DNA of 63,975 bases, filler included, from Basidiobolus ranarum (GCA_040143965.1; 3 parts of 3 records of this genome joined end to end with filler, not necessarily neighbours in it), one strand, 5' to 3'; positions 1 through 14,128 are shown, numbered from the whole stretch's first letter. Notes: generated from the letters alone by a model not told the origin. Translations and numbers: made by a program.

Positions 1-284
1 TTAGTACTTAGTTATCTTATATTGAACTAAGATATTATCCATTATTCTCATAAGGAATTTACTTAGAAGTTTGAAGATATATAGATTTTGATAACTTGTG
101 CTAGAAGCCCCTAGCTTTGCGCACATGTTCCCGGGACCTTCCTTAACACATTCTAAGCGTTAGTTTGTTTACATCTTTACAAAACTATAAATGGCAACTT
201 TCTACTCAACAAATCAATAAGTGAAAACCACCAATTGCTCTAATTCTCCAAACCACTTCCAACAGGCTCCCAAATACTTTAACA
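1..284 (+). mobile_element. LTR family A, partial copy (truncated by window start)
   Basis: Reverse complement of the copies at 337-658, 17607-17955 and 25496-25843; ends ...CAAATACTTTAACA. Strand is inferred from an AATAAA-like signal and from similarity to the 3' end of LTR family B. Confidence 0.8.
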
Positions 285-336
285 ATATGTTCCATTTGCT
301 AGTTGCTGACAGCTGTATAGGGTATTAGCTATAAAC

Positions 337-658
337 TGTTGAAGTATTTTGGGGTTTGTTGGTAGTGGTATGGAGAACTAGAAGAATTGATTGTTTTCAC
401 TTATTGATTTATTGAGTGGAAAGTTGACATTTATAGTTTTGTAAAGATGTAAGCAAAAGACATATAAAATGTGCTAAGAAAGGCTTCAGTAACATGTGTG
501 CAAAGTTTGGAGCTTCTAGGACAAGTTCTCAAAACCTATATATATCTTCAAACTTCGAAGTACATTCTTCTTGAGGTGATATCTTAGTTCAATATGGAAT
601 AACTAAGTACTAAGCTATATATGATTATATAGGTGTTTAGGTTATGTTTATATCAACA
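337..658 (-). mobile_element. Solo LTR, family A
   Basis: TGTTG...TCAACA termini, about 320 bp, aligns by eye with 17607-17955 and 25496-25843; no clear TSD. Confidence 0.8.
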
Positions 659-1697
659 CTCATGAGCATCATTACATTTCTCTCAAATCAAAAGAAGATA
701 ACACGGTATGCAATCCATGCATATATGACAACTGTAAAGATGTTTACGCTATGCCAACTTCAACGCCATTTACTAGTTACTGCCTGCTGTATAGTGTATT
801 AGCTATATATTGAACTAGTCCATTGCATATTAGCCTAGAATAATGATTTTCATCTCTTAGCACAATAGTTACTGTATATTGATGTTTATATGAAAATATG
901 GTCTTTATAGAGGGAGTTTTAGGAGATAGAGCAGTTATGAACTTCAGAGATATTTATCAATTAGCATGAAATAAAGAATTTATATATTTCAGTAAAAATT
1001 CAGAGAACTAGAAATGGAGTTGCGTTCAGAGCATCTGAGGCAGTAAGATGAGTTATCTTGGAGGTAATATGGATGACTTTCAAATTTCAAGTTTAACTTC
1101 GCTAATTCTTGGATAATTCACATATACACAGAATATATGTTCCAATTTTCAAGAAAGTGACAAATGACTAACAATTTATGATAACTTATGATGTATGAAA
1201 TACTTGCGCTTAAAAAGATAGAGATAATGAATATTACAAATGGGATAATGTTCAAAAAACATTACTCAATATTCAAGAATTAAAAAAAGTAACATCAGCA
1301 TATAAATGCAACTTTAATCAGAGATGTATGAATCTCCAGCTGATTATTCTAGAATAGAATATATTGGTATGGATATACTAGTACTTCGGTAGACATTATA
1401 TTACTTAAACATCAACACACACACAGAATGCACAGACCGTAATAGAGAGCGGAGTCAAAAGCGATATCAGTTGTCAGGGTATATTTATTTTTAAGATAAG
1501 TATTATAGATACTACACTATTGACGGAATTGATTCAGTCACAATGAGTATGAGTGGTTTTCTCCAATTAGTTAAGGAATCGTATATAAGGTGGTGTTAAT
1601 TACATGTGTGCGTGGATTGTTTAAAGGGTTAAAGTCAGAGAAACCCCAAATAAAATATAGGTTAGGTGGAATTGGGGTATATGTCAATGATGTGAAT

Positions 1698-1919
1698 TTA
1701 CGCGATGTTCGACTCTACAACGTTACGTTCTCGTATAGGACGTGGTGGAAGGGCGAAACGTACAACATTTCGTGCTTTCAAACGATCGGGGAAGATTTCG
1801 GTGACGCAACGGCGTGGCTGCATGGCTTTTGTTAGACGTTGTCTTCCGCCTACTAGTTCTACGTTGAAGTTACGTGAAGGTAATGCGCAAGCATATTCCC
1901 AGACTTGTGTGGAATTCAT
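1698..1919 (-). CDS. Hypothetical 73-aa basic protein
   Basis: ATG-started ORF in a CpG-rich island within AT-rich DNA; minus-strand TATAAAA at 2024-2030; no family recognised. Confidence 0.4.
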   Translation of the reverse strand: MNSTQVWEYACALPSRNFNVELVGGRQRLTKAMQPRRCVTEIFPDRLKARNVVRFALPPRPIRERNVVESNIA

Positions 1920-2613
1920 GATGAGTAAAGATGGTTTAGATTATGAGTGTGGTTGAGGGAAGGGAAGTGCCTTCTCGAGGATGTTTAGTTGAAAGCATCG
2001 TAACATACCTGGGTTGAGGTGGGTTTTATACTCATTGGAGGCTTACTGATTTCTAATTTCCCATGACTGCGAAAATTAATTAATTTCTGAAACTAAAATT
2101 CAAGCAAGCGGACTTTAATTTATCTTGTGAACCCTTACTACAGATGGTATGGAGGTGTTGATGCTGTTATATCGATTGAACTGATTACTATATTACTGAT
2201 TATTATATTACTGATTACTATATTAAAAAGCTGCTTTCGCTTGTTAGTCAAAAACTCTATTAGTCACGCGATCACAGACGTCATATTCCTGGTAATGTAT
2301 TGTATATAAATATATATACATTCCAGACTAAATACAAACTAAATTAAAATGACCTCGGTTGATACACAAGATTGAAAGAAGATTTCTATTTTCCTTTGAT
2401 TTACTGAGTCTAGTGCAATATAGTCGAGTCTAGTGACAATATAACACGTTGTTTAGGTAAACATGGTATGCATTCAGTGAACTGGTTTAATATCCTGACT
2501 TTAAATTTGTTTTTGACTAACAATAAAACTTCATTATGTTCTCCGGTAATATCCATTCAAGGTCAACGAGAAGGAGAGAACTACCACTTAGTATTCGATC
2601 AACAAGAAGGAAA

Positions 2614-2653
2614 TCATGCATAGAAAAACAAAGTCATGCATAGAAAAACAAAG
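2614..2653. repeat. 20-bp tandem duplication
   Basis: TCATGCATAGAAAAACAAAG x2, perfect. Confidence 0.9.
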
Positions 2654-3544
2654 TGATTGTCGAACCTATAGCATTCCAAGTCCAAGCTTAGTAGCCATCT
2701 TAGCACATCTATAGCTGATTATGAGCGTCAACGAGTGATTAAACTATATTTAATTTGGTTGATTATTGGGCCTTGGTTGATTATTGAACTTAGGGTATCC
2801 AGTAGATCAAGTGCCTTCCAAAGAATAACTACTAGATGCTTGGCAAGTTACATCACTCTGGCAGACAAGTTGGTAGTGGTGTCACGACTAGCTGAGAGTA
2901 TCAACCATGATCTTAATACGAAAGGTTATGGTTTATAGTTTATGGACAATGGGCTATGCTATGAGCGTTGTATACCCACAAACGCACCAATGACTTTTTT
3001 GCTGAATCGTTTTCCTTCATAGAAGCAGATACCATTGAATATAGGTACCTGACCTGTTATAAAACTTCTACTCTGTCTTGAACATGCATATTCGTCACGA
3101 TCGAAACCGAGCTTTGGAGAGGATCGATATATATGGATATCAACATTTCCGATATTTCCTCCACTCTACTGAAAATACTGACTGTGAACGGGATTTCGAA
3201 CTCGCTTTCAATGCATCGGATTTCTTGTTCAGTTCATCCTCAAAACACTTCAATGAATATTGCTGAATGACGTTTCAATTCCTATTAAACCATCTGGTAT
3301 GTAAATTATAAATCATCCCAAGTTGCATATATATAATATAATTAGTTCTAAGTTAAAATGCTATGATCGGGTTTTATTTCAACTAAACAGTTATGCAATG
3401 TTGATAGTATCTATTAACTTAAACAAGTTGTGATTAGTTATGATTAAATCTGAAGTATTGTTCTATAACTTCTTTTATAATGAAACGTTTCTCTACACTT
3501 CATCGATCTTTAGATTTTGAGATTAGTTAGTAACTTGTTCCCAC

Positions 3545-3813
3545 ATGGCCTCTCCTTTACCCAAATCTACGGATTCAACAGAAATAGAACGTGAAGACCT
3601 TATTCGTAAAATCCAACAAACTCAAGAGCAATTAAGACGTAAGTGCCTTTTTTGCTTCATTAAACGAAACTTTACGTTAAACTTTAACCTATAGATCTAC
3701 TTGCCAAAATCGATACCGTCAAGTCAGACCATCATAGAATTCACACAGAAAATCAAGTATTGGAGAAGTATATGGATAACTTGATGTCTACAAAAGAGAT
3801 GATGGAACCATAA
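3545..3813 (+). CDS. Short coiled-coil protein (SCOC/Slo1-like), 70 aa, one intron
   Basis: join(3545-3638,3695-3813) across a GTAAGT...TAG intron; MASPLPKSTDSTEIEREDLIRKIQQTQEQLRHLLAKIDTVKSDHHRIHTENQVLEKYMDNLMSTKEMMEP contains the SCOC-type ENxVLxxYxxNLMS motif. Absent from the ORF track. Confidence 0.8.
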
Positions 3814-4282
3814 ATAACAAACTCAATCACCCCCCTATATAAAAGCAACTTGAACCTCTTTGTAACAAGAAAATTCACTTGGGTACCCCGTCATACTCTA
3901 TATTCCTAACTGAAGTATATTCATTCCTCTTTATTCTGACCTTGCTGGAAATTTCTTGCTATTTAACAATCCAACGTTTCAAAATGCACACTTCCTCTTA
4001 CCACCCTAATTAGTAGTCATGCAAAATCAATAAAGTCTCTTCATAGCACATATGTTATTATCACCTACAGGCACATCTATTATTGGATCATATATACCCT
4101 ATGACACAATTCGAGTCAGTACGTAGAGACACCGAGTTATAAAAATAAATTCAAGATGCTTTTTTTTACAAAAAGATCAAGAAAAAATTGAAAATTTTAC
4201 GAAAGAAAACCCTTCGTTGTTGTTTTCTTTGCGCTTGCACTTTAGCAAACGATACTAGGTATCCTATATTCTAAATACGACC

Positions 4283-6016
4283 ATGACTGACGCTGCCCCA
4301 GCCGAAAAGCTTTACTTGGACGAAGTTACTGGTGAACAAGTCTCTAAGTCTGAGCTTAAGAGAAGAAGCAAGCAAAGAGAGAGAGATGCTAAGAAGGCCG
4401 CTGCTGCCAAAGAAAAGAGCGCCAAACAAGCAGAGGCTCCTAAGAAGCAAGCTAACGCTGAAGATGCTGAAGAAGAGTTAAACCCTAACCAATATTTCGA
4501 GATTCGTAGCAAACTCATCAACAAGCTCCGTACTGAGGGTCCTACTCCTTATCCTCACAAATTCCACGTTGCTATGACCCTCCCTGAATTCATCCAAAAA
4601 TTCAAGGATCTTCAACCTGGAGATCATATGGATGAGGTTGTCACTGTTGCTGGTCGTATTCACAACAAGCGTGCTTCCGGTGCTAAATTGAGATTCTACG
4701 ATTTACACGGTGAAGGTGTTAAGATTCAAGTTATGGCTCAGGCTCAAGATTCCGAACGTGATTTCGCTACTGTTCATGATCTTTTGCGTCGTGGTGATAT
4801 TGTTGGTGTTAAGGGATGTCCCGGAAAATCCAAGAGAGGAGAATTATCCATCTTCCCCAAGGATGTTCAACTTCTTTCTCCCTGCTTACACATGCTTCCT
4901 AAGGCCAACTATGGTTTGAAGGACCAAGAGACTCGTTATCGTCAACGTTATCTTGACTTGATCATGAACAACAATGTCCGTGACAAGTTCATTGCCAGAA
5001 CCCAAATCATCCGTTATGTTCGTAAGTATTTGGACAACCTTAACTTCTTGGAAGTTGAGACTCCTATGATGAATATGATTGCCGGTGGCGCTACTGCTAA
5101 GCCCTTCGTCACTCACCACAACGACCTCAAGTTGGATATGTTCATGCGTATTGCCCCTGAATTGTATCTCAAGATGCTTGTTGTTGGTGGTCTTGACCGT
5201 GTTTACGAAATCGGACGTCAATTCCGTAACGAAGGTATCGATTTGACCCACAACCCCGAGTTCACCACTTGCGAGTTCTATATGGCTTATGCTGATATGT
5301 TCGACCTTATGGAGATGTCCGAACAGATGATCTCTGGTATGGTCAAGGAAGTCACCGGTGACTACAAGGTTGTCTATCACCCCAACGGACAAGATGGTGA
5401 AGCTGTCGAGATCGATTTCACTCCTCCATTCAGACGTATTAACATGATTGAGGAATTAGAAGCTCAATTGAAGGTTACATTCCCTCCTGCCGATCAACTC
5501 CACACTGAAGAAGCTCGTCAATTCTTGGATGAACAATGCGTCAAGCACGGTGTTGAATGTTCTGCTCCTAGAACCAGCTCTCGTCTTTTGGACAAACTTG
5601 TTGGTGACTTCATTGAAGTTCAATGTGTCAACCCTGGTTTCATCATTGGTCATCCTCAAATGATGTCTCCCTTAGCTAAGGCCCATCGTTCCATCAAGGG
5701 TCTCTGTGAGCGTTTCGAACTCTTCGTTGCTACTAAGGAAATCTGTAACGCATACACTGAGTTGAACGATCCCTTCGATCAACGTGAGCGTTTCGCTCAA
5801 CAAGCTTCTGATAAGGAGGCTGGTGATGACGAAGCTCAAATGATTGATGAGAACTTCTGTACCTCTCTTGAGTATGGTCTCCCACCTACTGGTGGTTGGG
5901 GTTTGGGTGTCGATCGTCTTGTCATGTTCTTGACCGACTCCAACAACATCAAGGAAGTCATTGCTTTCCCTGCTATGAAGCCTGTTGAAGAAGACCAAAA
6001 GCCCGCCCACGAATAA
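4283..6016 (+). CDS. KRS1: Cytosolic lysyl-tRNA synthetase (class II)
   Basis: 577-aa intronless ORF; OB-fold anticodon domain, [48 protein letters not shown]. Confidence 0.98.
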   Translation: MTDAAPAEKLYLDEVTGEQVSKSELKRRSKQRERDAKKAAAAKEKSAKQAEAPKKQANAEDAEEELNPNQYFEIRSKLINKLRTEGPTPYPHKFHVAMTLPEFIQKFKDLQPGDHMDEVVTVAGRIHNKRASGAKLRFYDLHGEGVKIQVMAQAQDSERDFATVHDLLRRGDIVGVKGCPGKSKRGELSIFPKDVQLLSPCLHMLPKANYGLKDQETRYRQRYLDLIMNNNVRDKFIARTQIIRYVRKYLDNLNFLEVETPMMNMIAGGATAKPFVTHHNDLKLDMFMRIAPELYLKMLVVGGLDRVYEIGRQFRNEGIDLTHNPEFTTCEFYMAYADMFDLMEMSEQMISGMVKEVTGDYKVVYHPNGQDGEAVEIDFTPPFRRINMIEELEAQLKVTFPPADQLHTEEARQFLDEQCVKHGVECSAPRTSSRLLDKLVGDFIEVQCVNPGFIIGHPQMMSPLAKAHRSIKGLCERFELFVATKEICNAYTELNDPFDQRERFAQQASDKEAGDDEAQMIDENFCTSLEYGLPPTGGWGLGVDRLVMFLTDSNNIKEVIAFPAMKPVEEDQKPAHE

Positions 6017-8402
6017 TTCCCAAATTAAATTATAGTTCGGTCAAGATTTCTTCGTACAGCTCTTTTTCAACTTCTATACTCTAATTTCCCTTACCTTCCT
6101 CCCTCTCCTGTCATTTATGTATCAATTTCACTAGTTGTTGACTGACTTGGTCAATCAATAAATATGGACTAAAAGCTACAGAAATTTTGGAAAGCGAATC
6201 AAATCAAAGATACCTTTTTAATGATATCTAGAGTGTGTACTTATTTACTTTAATATGGATTAGCTGCATTGTTTGTGAAGCGTTTGTAGATTCCTATATA
6301 GGATGATATCGATGGAAGGTCATCAGGTATTCTGAGCCATATGTGAATTAAACCATTACGGTACTCTTCTAGAAATCACTAGTCAGGCGTCTGTGCCTTT
6401 TTTATCCTTTGCGGTAACACATCATATGCAGCTACTTACATCTAAGTGTGTAAGTACTTGCGCCATTATTGCTTAGCATTGCAACAATGCCATCCAGGAT
6501 ATTTACTTTGCTACCACGGTGCCTAGAAAATACCTATATTGGACCATTTAGATTATCAAAATCTGAATTTGCTTGAACAAGCATTAAACAAGCCTACAAT
6601 TCCGAATGAACTTAGACCATGGGATCTCACGTCTTGTTAATCAATACTCCGCTGTAACAACGCGATAGCCCTAACAATATCAAGTAACACCAACATGACA
6701 ACAGGAAAGCGGCGAAAAATACCAAATGAGCAACTCCAGCTCTCAAAAATAGAGAGCAACTTCTCCTTATTTTCACAAATTAGGTATATAGAAGGGTTTA
6801 AAAGGGTTTGAATACTTAGCCTCTGTGTTACAGCTAGAACCACTATTCTCCTCTGTATTTAACAGCAGTCGACTGATAATCAACTGACTATCTCCTTGAT
6901 AGAATATATTGATTGGTTGCTCAGTTCTCGGAATTCTCTACTACTATACTTTGAGAAAGTGGGCGAAGTGATTTTTCGTCATCTAACATGAAATTCCCCT
7001 TTAGGGCAAAGAAATCCACTAAAACTCCAGCTAATTCAAATCTTCAGATAGTACAAGATGTAGAAGAGATTGGCGCTTGAACTATTCAGATATCAGCCCA
7101 TGGTTCGGTTCGGAGTTCCGTATTTGTAATAATATATTTATTGACAGAATGGAATTACCATATGAAAGGCTTGAATGGAACACACAATAATTACTTCTCG
7201 TTGTGTAAGAATGGTACTACCAAAAATCTTGAGTATAGCTTTGATATGGTAGAAGAGGAGTTTATGGCAAGATAGTAGTCAAGGCGGTTAACACTTTAAC
7301 TTATTGCAGAATTGGTCAAAGTTTCTTAATATGGATTTGGGTCTAGATCGTTCTTTTAATCCGAAGGTCTGACGTGACTCCAGATCGAATCACATTGCAG
7401 GATTTGCAAGGCAATTCACGCCCCTAGGATAAAAAGCGACAAGGCGTAGGTATCGATGACATAATTGATATGATTAAAAACCATTTCATTTATAAATAAT
7501 ACAAAAGGCAATATATAAAGTTATGGAAATAAGGAAGAATATTCCCTGAGTTTTCCCAAATCCTCGGTATACACATTCTACCTTACTATTCAGCCAATAG
7601 GTGCTTTTGGTCTTATCGATTTGTCCATTCTTCTCAACAGTCCAAATGTTGTCAATAATTGCTAACTAACCCCGTACGTATACCAAGTTGGCCATTTAGT
7701 GGATCAAAAAGGACTTGGCATGAGGTTCTCAGACAATACCAGATTTAAACTAGGCAGGGAGAGCACTATATTTAGATAAGGTCTGGATTGGCCGATCGCA
7801 GCTGGTCTACTATTCGCTCTCTTACTGAGGAAATGTTTGCTTCGATCAATATTCCCATATTAGGATATATTTATTTCTATCATTGGTTGAATCTATATAC
7901 GTTAACTAGAGTTTCTGTCATACGATAACGGGAATAGAACCCGAATGACTAGAATTGACATATTGATCAGCGAACACAAAATAGTAAGCAAGAATACAGA
8001 TGATGTTACTAGTAGAGGGTGCTATTCAGTTACCAATTTCCAGAGCTTAGCATGGTGGTACTCGATGAAGAGCTGTCCACCAGTTAGTGTATATGTTTCT
8101 ATTGAAATGGTTAATAATTAGTTATACTTGTGACTCCCAAATTCTACCTTTTTTATTTGTTCAGCTAATTAGACCGCCATCCAATAGGTTCAAGGCTTCC
8201 ATATTCTACTGAATCACCAGAATCCAGTTTTTGGCTATTTTCTGTAGGAGAGCTCCAGGAGTCGTAGAGACTTCTGGCTTGGTGAGTGGTGATTGGCGCT
8301 AAGTAGTTTAGAGGAATTTATGTTGAGCTAAAAATGAAAATGATGTAATTTGATTGGGCACCCAAAGTAGGATTTTTCGAATGTTCGCAGGACTGAAGAT
8401 TC

Positions 8403-8450
8403 ATTCGTGCCATCTAGGATTCGTGCCATCTAGGATTCGTGCCATCTAGG
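8403..8450. repeat. 16-bp tandem repeat x3
   Basis: ATTCGTGCCATCTAGG x3, perfect, about 250 bp upstream of the velvet gene. Confidence 0.9.
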
Positions 8451-8695
8451 AAATAGAGCTTGATTTCAATGGATAGTCAATGAAAATTGATTGGCCTCGG
8501 GATCGAATGGAGAGTGGTGCAATTGGTAAATGAGTTTCGGTCAAGAGATATAAAGAAGTGATGCGGTTACTTGGTTTTTCTATTTGTTATCAAATTCTGC
8601 TATCACTTTTTGCTTGATTTATTTTCGTATCTCTGTAATAATCAACTTGAGTCAGTTTCCCGAATCAGTTTCCCACAAATCAATTGGATTTTATT

Positions 8696-10097
8696 ATGCC
8701 TCAAGATCATCAGTTCATAGATCTTGATCACTTCACCTCACTTCAGGATAACACGTATGTATATGTAATATAATAGTTGACTGTGATATGCATACTAACT
8801 GCATTCTTCAGTGGTATTGAGCTTATTGTGCGTCAAAATCCCGACAGAGCCCAAGTTAGCACGGTTAAGGACAAGCTAGGCGATAAGCCTGTTGATCCAC
8901 CACCGATTGTACAGATCAAACAAAGCTCTGTATCCCCACAAGCCTTTAAGTAAGTTTAACTCGTTTTTGATTCAGCTATTACATACATCTAACCCGCTTG
9001 TTAGTCATGTGTTACAGAATCCATCTTTTTTCATGATGACTGAGGTCATTGGCCCTACGGATGTTCAGCAAGTTATTCCCTCGGACGCATTCTCTGGTAC
9101 ACTCTCATCCTCTTTGCACAAATTGAAAGATGTCGATAACAATGGTAAGTTGCTTTTGACATACATGTTTGCCTTTAAAGCCATTGTCATTGACAATCAA
9201 CCTTTAGATGGCGGTTTCTTCATTTTCCCCGAGATTTCAGTCAGATTGGAGGGCTCTTTCCGACTTCGCTTCAAACTATATCAACTTTACCAGGGGAAAA
9301 CTCACTTCATCACTTCTTTGTGCTCTGAGGTTTTCACTGTGTATTCACCGAAAGCATTCCCTGGTATTCAAGAATCCACATTCCTTTCACGCTCATTCTC
9401 AGATCAAGGAGCTCGAATTCGTGTAAGAAAAGGTAGTAGAACATCCAGTAAGAGAAAGGGTTCTACACTGACAATCTCCTCCTATCCTGGCTCTTCAAAC
9501 TTTGAACGACGTAATTCTCTACTTTCCACAATCGAATCCACATCACCCAATAAGAAGACACGTTCCCCAAGCTTAGAGACAACTTCTGATTCCGAGGGTC
9601 ATATACCTATGGAACGCCGAGCTTCGTATCTTATTGCCTCACATCTTGGTATTGATAATTTGCTGAACACTAGCAAGAATTCCACACATTTATCTCCAAG
9701 ACCTTTCCCAATGGTTTTCAACAACACCACCACCACCACCACATCTTTCACCAAGCCTGACCGTGAATCCAACAAAGCAACCCCTGAATCTACCTCATAC
9801 AGTGAGTGTTCTACTGGCTCTATCAATTCTTCTTTTAACCACTCCAGGTATCCATATCAAGGAATCGATTCGCAAACAACAACACAAATAACCGTAACTT
9901 CTCTACCGCCGATTGATCAAAATCCACCGATACACTCGGGAGAGTTAAACCTACAATACAACACTAAAAAATCCGATCTACAATCACCTTCGACAACCAC
10001 AACGGACCTCTTTCCCAACATGTTCAGCGCGTACCTCAATCAATTAAATATCCCACTAAGTTCCGACAATGGACGTACACGTTGTCAAAGACGTTAA
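8696..10097 (+). CDS. Velvet-domain transcriptional regulator (VosA/VelB family), 3 introns
   Basis: Spliced product has ELIVRQNPDRA, KPVDPPPIVQI, LHKLKDVDN/DGGFFIFPEISVRLEGSFRLRF and FPGIQESTFLSRSFSDQGARIRVRK; introns about 8755-8811, 8950-9004, 9145-9208; S/T-rich C-terminal tail. Confidence 0.9.
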
Positions 10098-10786
10098 CCG
10101 GGAAGTAGTTCAATCGGGATTGTAACACTTCCAGTGTGTATTGTTATATTGTATCTTCATTTTATCACCTTTCTTAATCAGTTGCACCCAGATTCATCTT
10201 TGCATCAAATCTTCTGAGCACCTTTTTGTACTATTCACCTTTTTCAATATACATAGCCTTATATAAATTCATTCATTAATTGCAACTCAAAGTGTGATTC
10301 TCTTAGATTTGACAATAAATTCATCTTTCCATCCGAGTTGCCCGTGTTATGCTAAGGAGTTTTAGGTATTTTGCTATCACTAAAAGATCGAATTCTGAGA
10401 TTTGATTTGGATGCTATTTAGACTTTATCGTTTGTTACCGTAAATGTAAGGGTTTTTAAATTAGATTTTTATTATGTGGCAAGTATCTTTGACTAAATCT
10501 CAGAGGGTTCTGGCGATTTAGTGTCTTATTTTCTATTCGTGTATTTGATACTTGATACGCAATATCAGAAGTTCGATAGATTTGGATGGGCTGTGGGCTG
10601 TAAAGAGCATATTCCTTGATTATAATGGTGGTGCAAGATATTGAATGAAAAATAGTGATTTATTTATTGCCAAGTGTAGCTTACCAATTTTACAAAAAAT
10701 TGGGAATTTAACATGATAAAAACGTTTCTTTCGATGTGGGGTTTGAATGAGACATCAATAGTAGTAGCTATGGATCAAATGTATTC

Positions 10787-12743
10787 TTAAGCTTCGAATC
10801 CAGCTGGAAGATCACACCAACCCATTTCTTTGACACACCAAAGTGGAGCGATGGATGCTCCCTTGACGCCACGTCCACCCATTCTATAGCGCCATTCGTT
10901 AAGTCTTGGGAAGGCGCGTTTGACAGATCCAAACATGTCAGTGTAGTTAATGGCGCTATAGCCACTCCAAAGAACCTCGGCAGCAGCGGAAGCACGAGGC
11001 CACATTTGTGTTTCAAGGTTGAAAGAGTCTACCTGCTCAGTCCAAAGGGCAATCTCTCCACCAAGAACGTGAATACCTTCAGCTTCGGTCAAGTTAGCAC
11101 GAAGATCATTGGAGTAAATCTTTTGCCAAGTACGGTATTTATCACAAGTAGGGCAATCAACCCATCCTGGAGCATGACGACCATGACCTACATCAAGATA
11201 CCAGTAATCCGAACCACTTTGAATAATATCGTGACCTTGACCAACAATCAATTTGGTATTTTGACTACCAGTCCATTGTTGAACAATAAAATGTTTGGGA
11301 ATAGTAAGGTTTAGTTCTTTGTTTAGTAAAGCTTCTTCCCAAACGATCGGACGCTTTCCTGTGGCTGATACGTAATCATCTACTTTGTTATAGAAGTGCT
11401 GCATAGCTTCTATGACGGTGAGATTCTTCTCCTTAAGATTTTTCTGGAATACCTCACTCTCTTTGTAGCAGCGCATACCAACCTCATCGCCGCCAGTGTG
11501 GAGGAATTCATCTGGGAACCAAGAGGACACCTCTTTGATCAAATTCTCAGTAACTTCGTAAGTGATATCTTGTGTGACATCGAATTGACCACTAGGTGGT
11601 TGGTATTCAATTGCACGCCAGACGGGTTGCACATTAGCACAGACAAGCATTCCTGGGAATGGTGTTCCAGTGGCGTAGGCATGTCCGGGCATTTCAATTT
11701 CTGGGACAATACGGATACCGCGCTACAGTTGATCAACAGTTAGTTTGGTTATTACCAAGTGGTTTATTCATATTTAGACTTAACCCTAGACCTACCTCGA
11801 GTGCATATCCCACTAGATCCTGGATATCTCTCTTGGTATATATCATACCAGATTGGAATTTGGCGTATGCCATCTCGTGAAGTTGTGGATACACCTAATA
11901 ATAATAATCGTTAAACATCTATAAAATCCTGACCATTAGTTTCTTAAATGAGTACCTCAGATGCGAGTGAGAAGCTCTGGGCGTCAGTAAGATGTAGATG
12001 AAGAACATTGAATTTGTTCCAGCTTAAAGCATCAATCTGTGTCTTTATCTCCTCAACAGAGAAGAAATTTCTGGTCACATCTAGCATAAAGCCACGGTGC
12101 TTATAGGATGGCTTATCTTGAATATTCCAAGGGCCATAGGAGATGTATCTCCCCTACAACGAGAAAGTCAATTAATGTACTAGTCTTCATTCTATACGAT
12201 AAAAAAGTTACTTACGATTTCTTTTTGATAGTTAACTAATTGACTGAGAGTTTCCAAGCCACGTAAAGCACCAAAAACTGTCTTAGATTTGATTGTAGCA
12301 GTGATTGCTTTCTTAGTGCCGTTACCACCAGGAATATCCAGTGAATAGGATTCATCGGTGTTTAACTCAAGATTCGCATTGCCATCTTCAATCTGAAGTA
12401 AAACCTTTTTAAGCCAAGTATTACCCTTCTTCACAGGAATCATATTCTTCCTTGCCATTTCCTCACCAGAAGAGTCAACTGGTGTCTCAGACCAGCGAAC
12501 ATAAGGTGCCCATTTTTCCTTTCGTATCACTTGACGATAACGTTCAGCGGCTTTTTTAGCAACACCAATGTATTTACCTTTCCCGTGGATCTGAAAATCA
12601 AGTCCAGAGGAGACCATGATAGTTGTATCCCCTTGGTGGAATTCTTGAGGCCTTGGCCAGACATACGCGGCTTCAGAAGCTTGATTCACCAGTAGGGTAG
12701 CACTCAATAAGAGTAAGCTAAGAGAGTTGGAGATGTTGACCAT
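10787..12743 (-). CDS. Secreted beta-N-acetylhexosaminidase (GH20), 3 introns
   Basis: Signal peptide MVNISNSLSLLLLSA..., VWPRP, DESYSL, HRGFMLD, PEIEMPGH, catalytic HTGGDEV, GGEIALWTEQVD, WPRASAAAE. Confidence 0.95.
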
Positions 12744-13361
12744 AGTTGAAATAAGTCGGTTGATTGAAGCAAAGAGAGAGCTTAAATAGTCGTGTGTCAA
12801 GTATGGAATCTTCTCTATTTCCAAAAATGAGAAGCCACTCCACTGAAAAAGCAGTGACCAGATGGACGGAAAAAGTTTATTTCAGATTTCGGTTATGGTA
12901 GTCTATGCAAACGGCCTTTAAGTTTGGCGTTGTGGAAACAAGGTTATGTCAGACTAAGCACGACTAAAATACGATTGGATAGTTTCAATAGATTATTCGT
13001 TAATGGGCGTAGGAGTATATAGGTCAAAAGGTAGATAATCTGATCGTATAAGCTAATAATACATATATAGTAACTTTAATCCAATCTAGGCTTTAGTACA
13101 TATGCCATTCCATCCTCTTTTAATGGTCGCGTTCAATGCTCCAAGCCTGGATCTAAGCCATACTTCCATTTGGGTTGTCAACTGTACTGGTTGCACTATA
13201 ATAAAGTGGCAAAGGCATAGGTGGATATGTCCAAGTCATAAGTGGACGTGAAATTTTGTTCGGCCATTGAATTATCTCGAATATTCCATTGATCCTTGTG
13301 CTTGTGTATTAGAGTTGTACCACACTTGTATACACTTTTTAACCTTAAATCAATAAACTGG

Positions 13362-13454
13362 GAGTTGGGTGTTTAGACTGATAGGAAAGAAAGAGTTGGG
13401 TGTTTAGACTGATAGGAAAGAAAGAGTTGGGTGTTTAGACTGATAGGAAAGAAA
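13362..13454. repeat. 31-bp tandem repeat x3
   Basis: GAGTTGGGTGTTTAGACTGATAGGAAAGAAA x3, perfect, no spacers. Confidence 0.95.
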
Positions 13455-13815
13455 TGATTCGCTTATTGTATGAGTGGTGCTTTTAGCCTTATACATGTAT
13501 GGAATGAAGATAAAACAGCTAACCCGAACCCTACTGTTCATAACTCAATGTAGAGAAGTATTTCAATCCAAAGAATAATCATAGGATTCAACGCTGAATC
13601 CATGATCCAATCCAACCTCCACTCATTATGATCAGGATAATTAGCTCACCAATTAGCACATAGGATTACGATCTACATTCGAAGTTTATTTTGTCCATTT
13701 GCCTAGTTGTCCAGTTGAATCAATTGCTCTTTTTGAATTGTTAAACAGAATTACAATTGACGTGGGCAGTAATATCTTATTCATTCATCTTGAAGGTACC
13801 GACACAAATAATGTG

Positions 13816-13868
13816 AAGGTAACGGTGCAAGTAAAGGTAATGGTGCAAGTAAAGGTAACGGTGCAAGT
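13816..13868. repeat. 18-bp tandem repeat x3
   Basis: AAGGTAA(C/T)GGTGCAAGTA units upstream of SDR copy 1. Confidence 0.85.
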
Positions 13869-14128
13869 GATGGTGGCATCATCTTCCCAAACGAGAAATT
13901 ATATGCCACGTTGCTCAATTCCTGTGCAATCCTCCACGTAAGTTAAACCTCGCACAATAAAAGCTATTCCTGTTGTGATGACTAATTCATCACCCAACGA
14001 TCACTGATATGTAACAAATGAATGTTTCCAATGATGGCCAAATTTCCGGTATATTAGTAATTTCGTTCAACTAGAAAATATAAAAGCTAGGACAGTGCCC
14101 ACTTTCCCTTCAGATTAATTTTTCTTTG

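Noticed and set aside
4312..6010. Antisense ORFs over KRS1, and similar ones over RPL11, SMB1, MET10 and the RNase II gene
   Set aside because: Shadow frames caused by codon bias of the real genes.
6520..6640. YIGPFR peptide reminiscent of a Gypsy integrase GPY/F motif
   Set aside because: Six residues only, with no other retroelement motifs nearby.
13362..13454. 31-bp repeats as a possible CRISPR array
   Set aside because: Direct tandem copies with no spacers, eukaryotic context, no cas genes.
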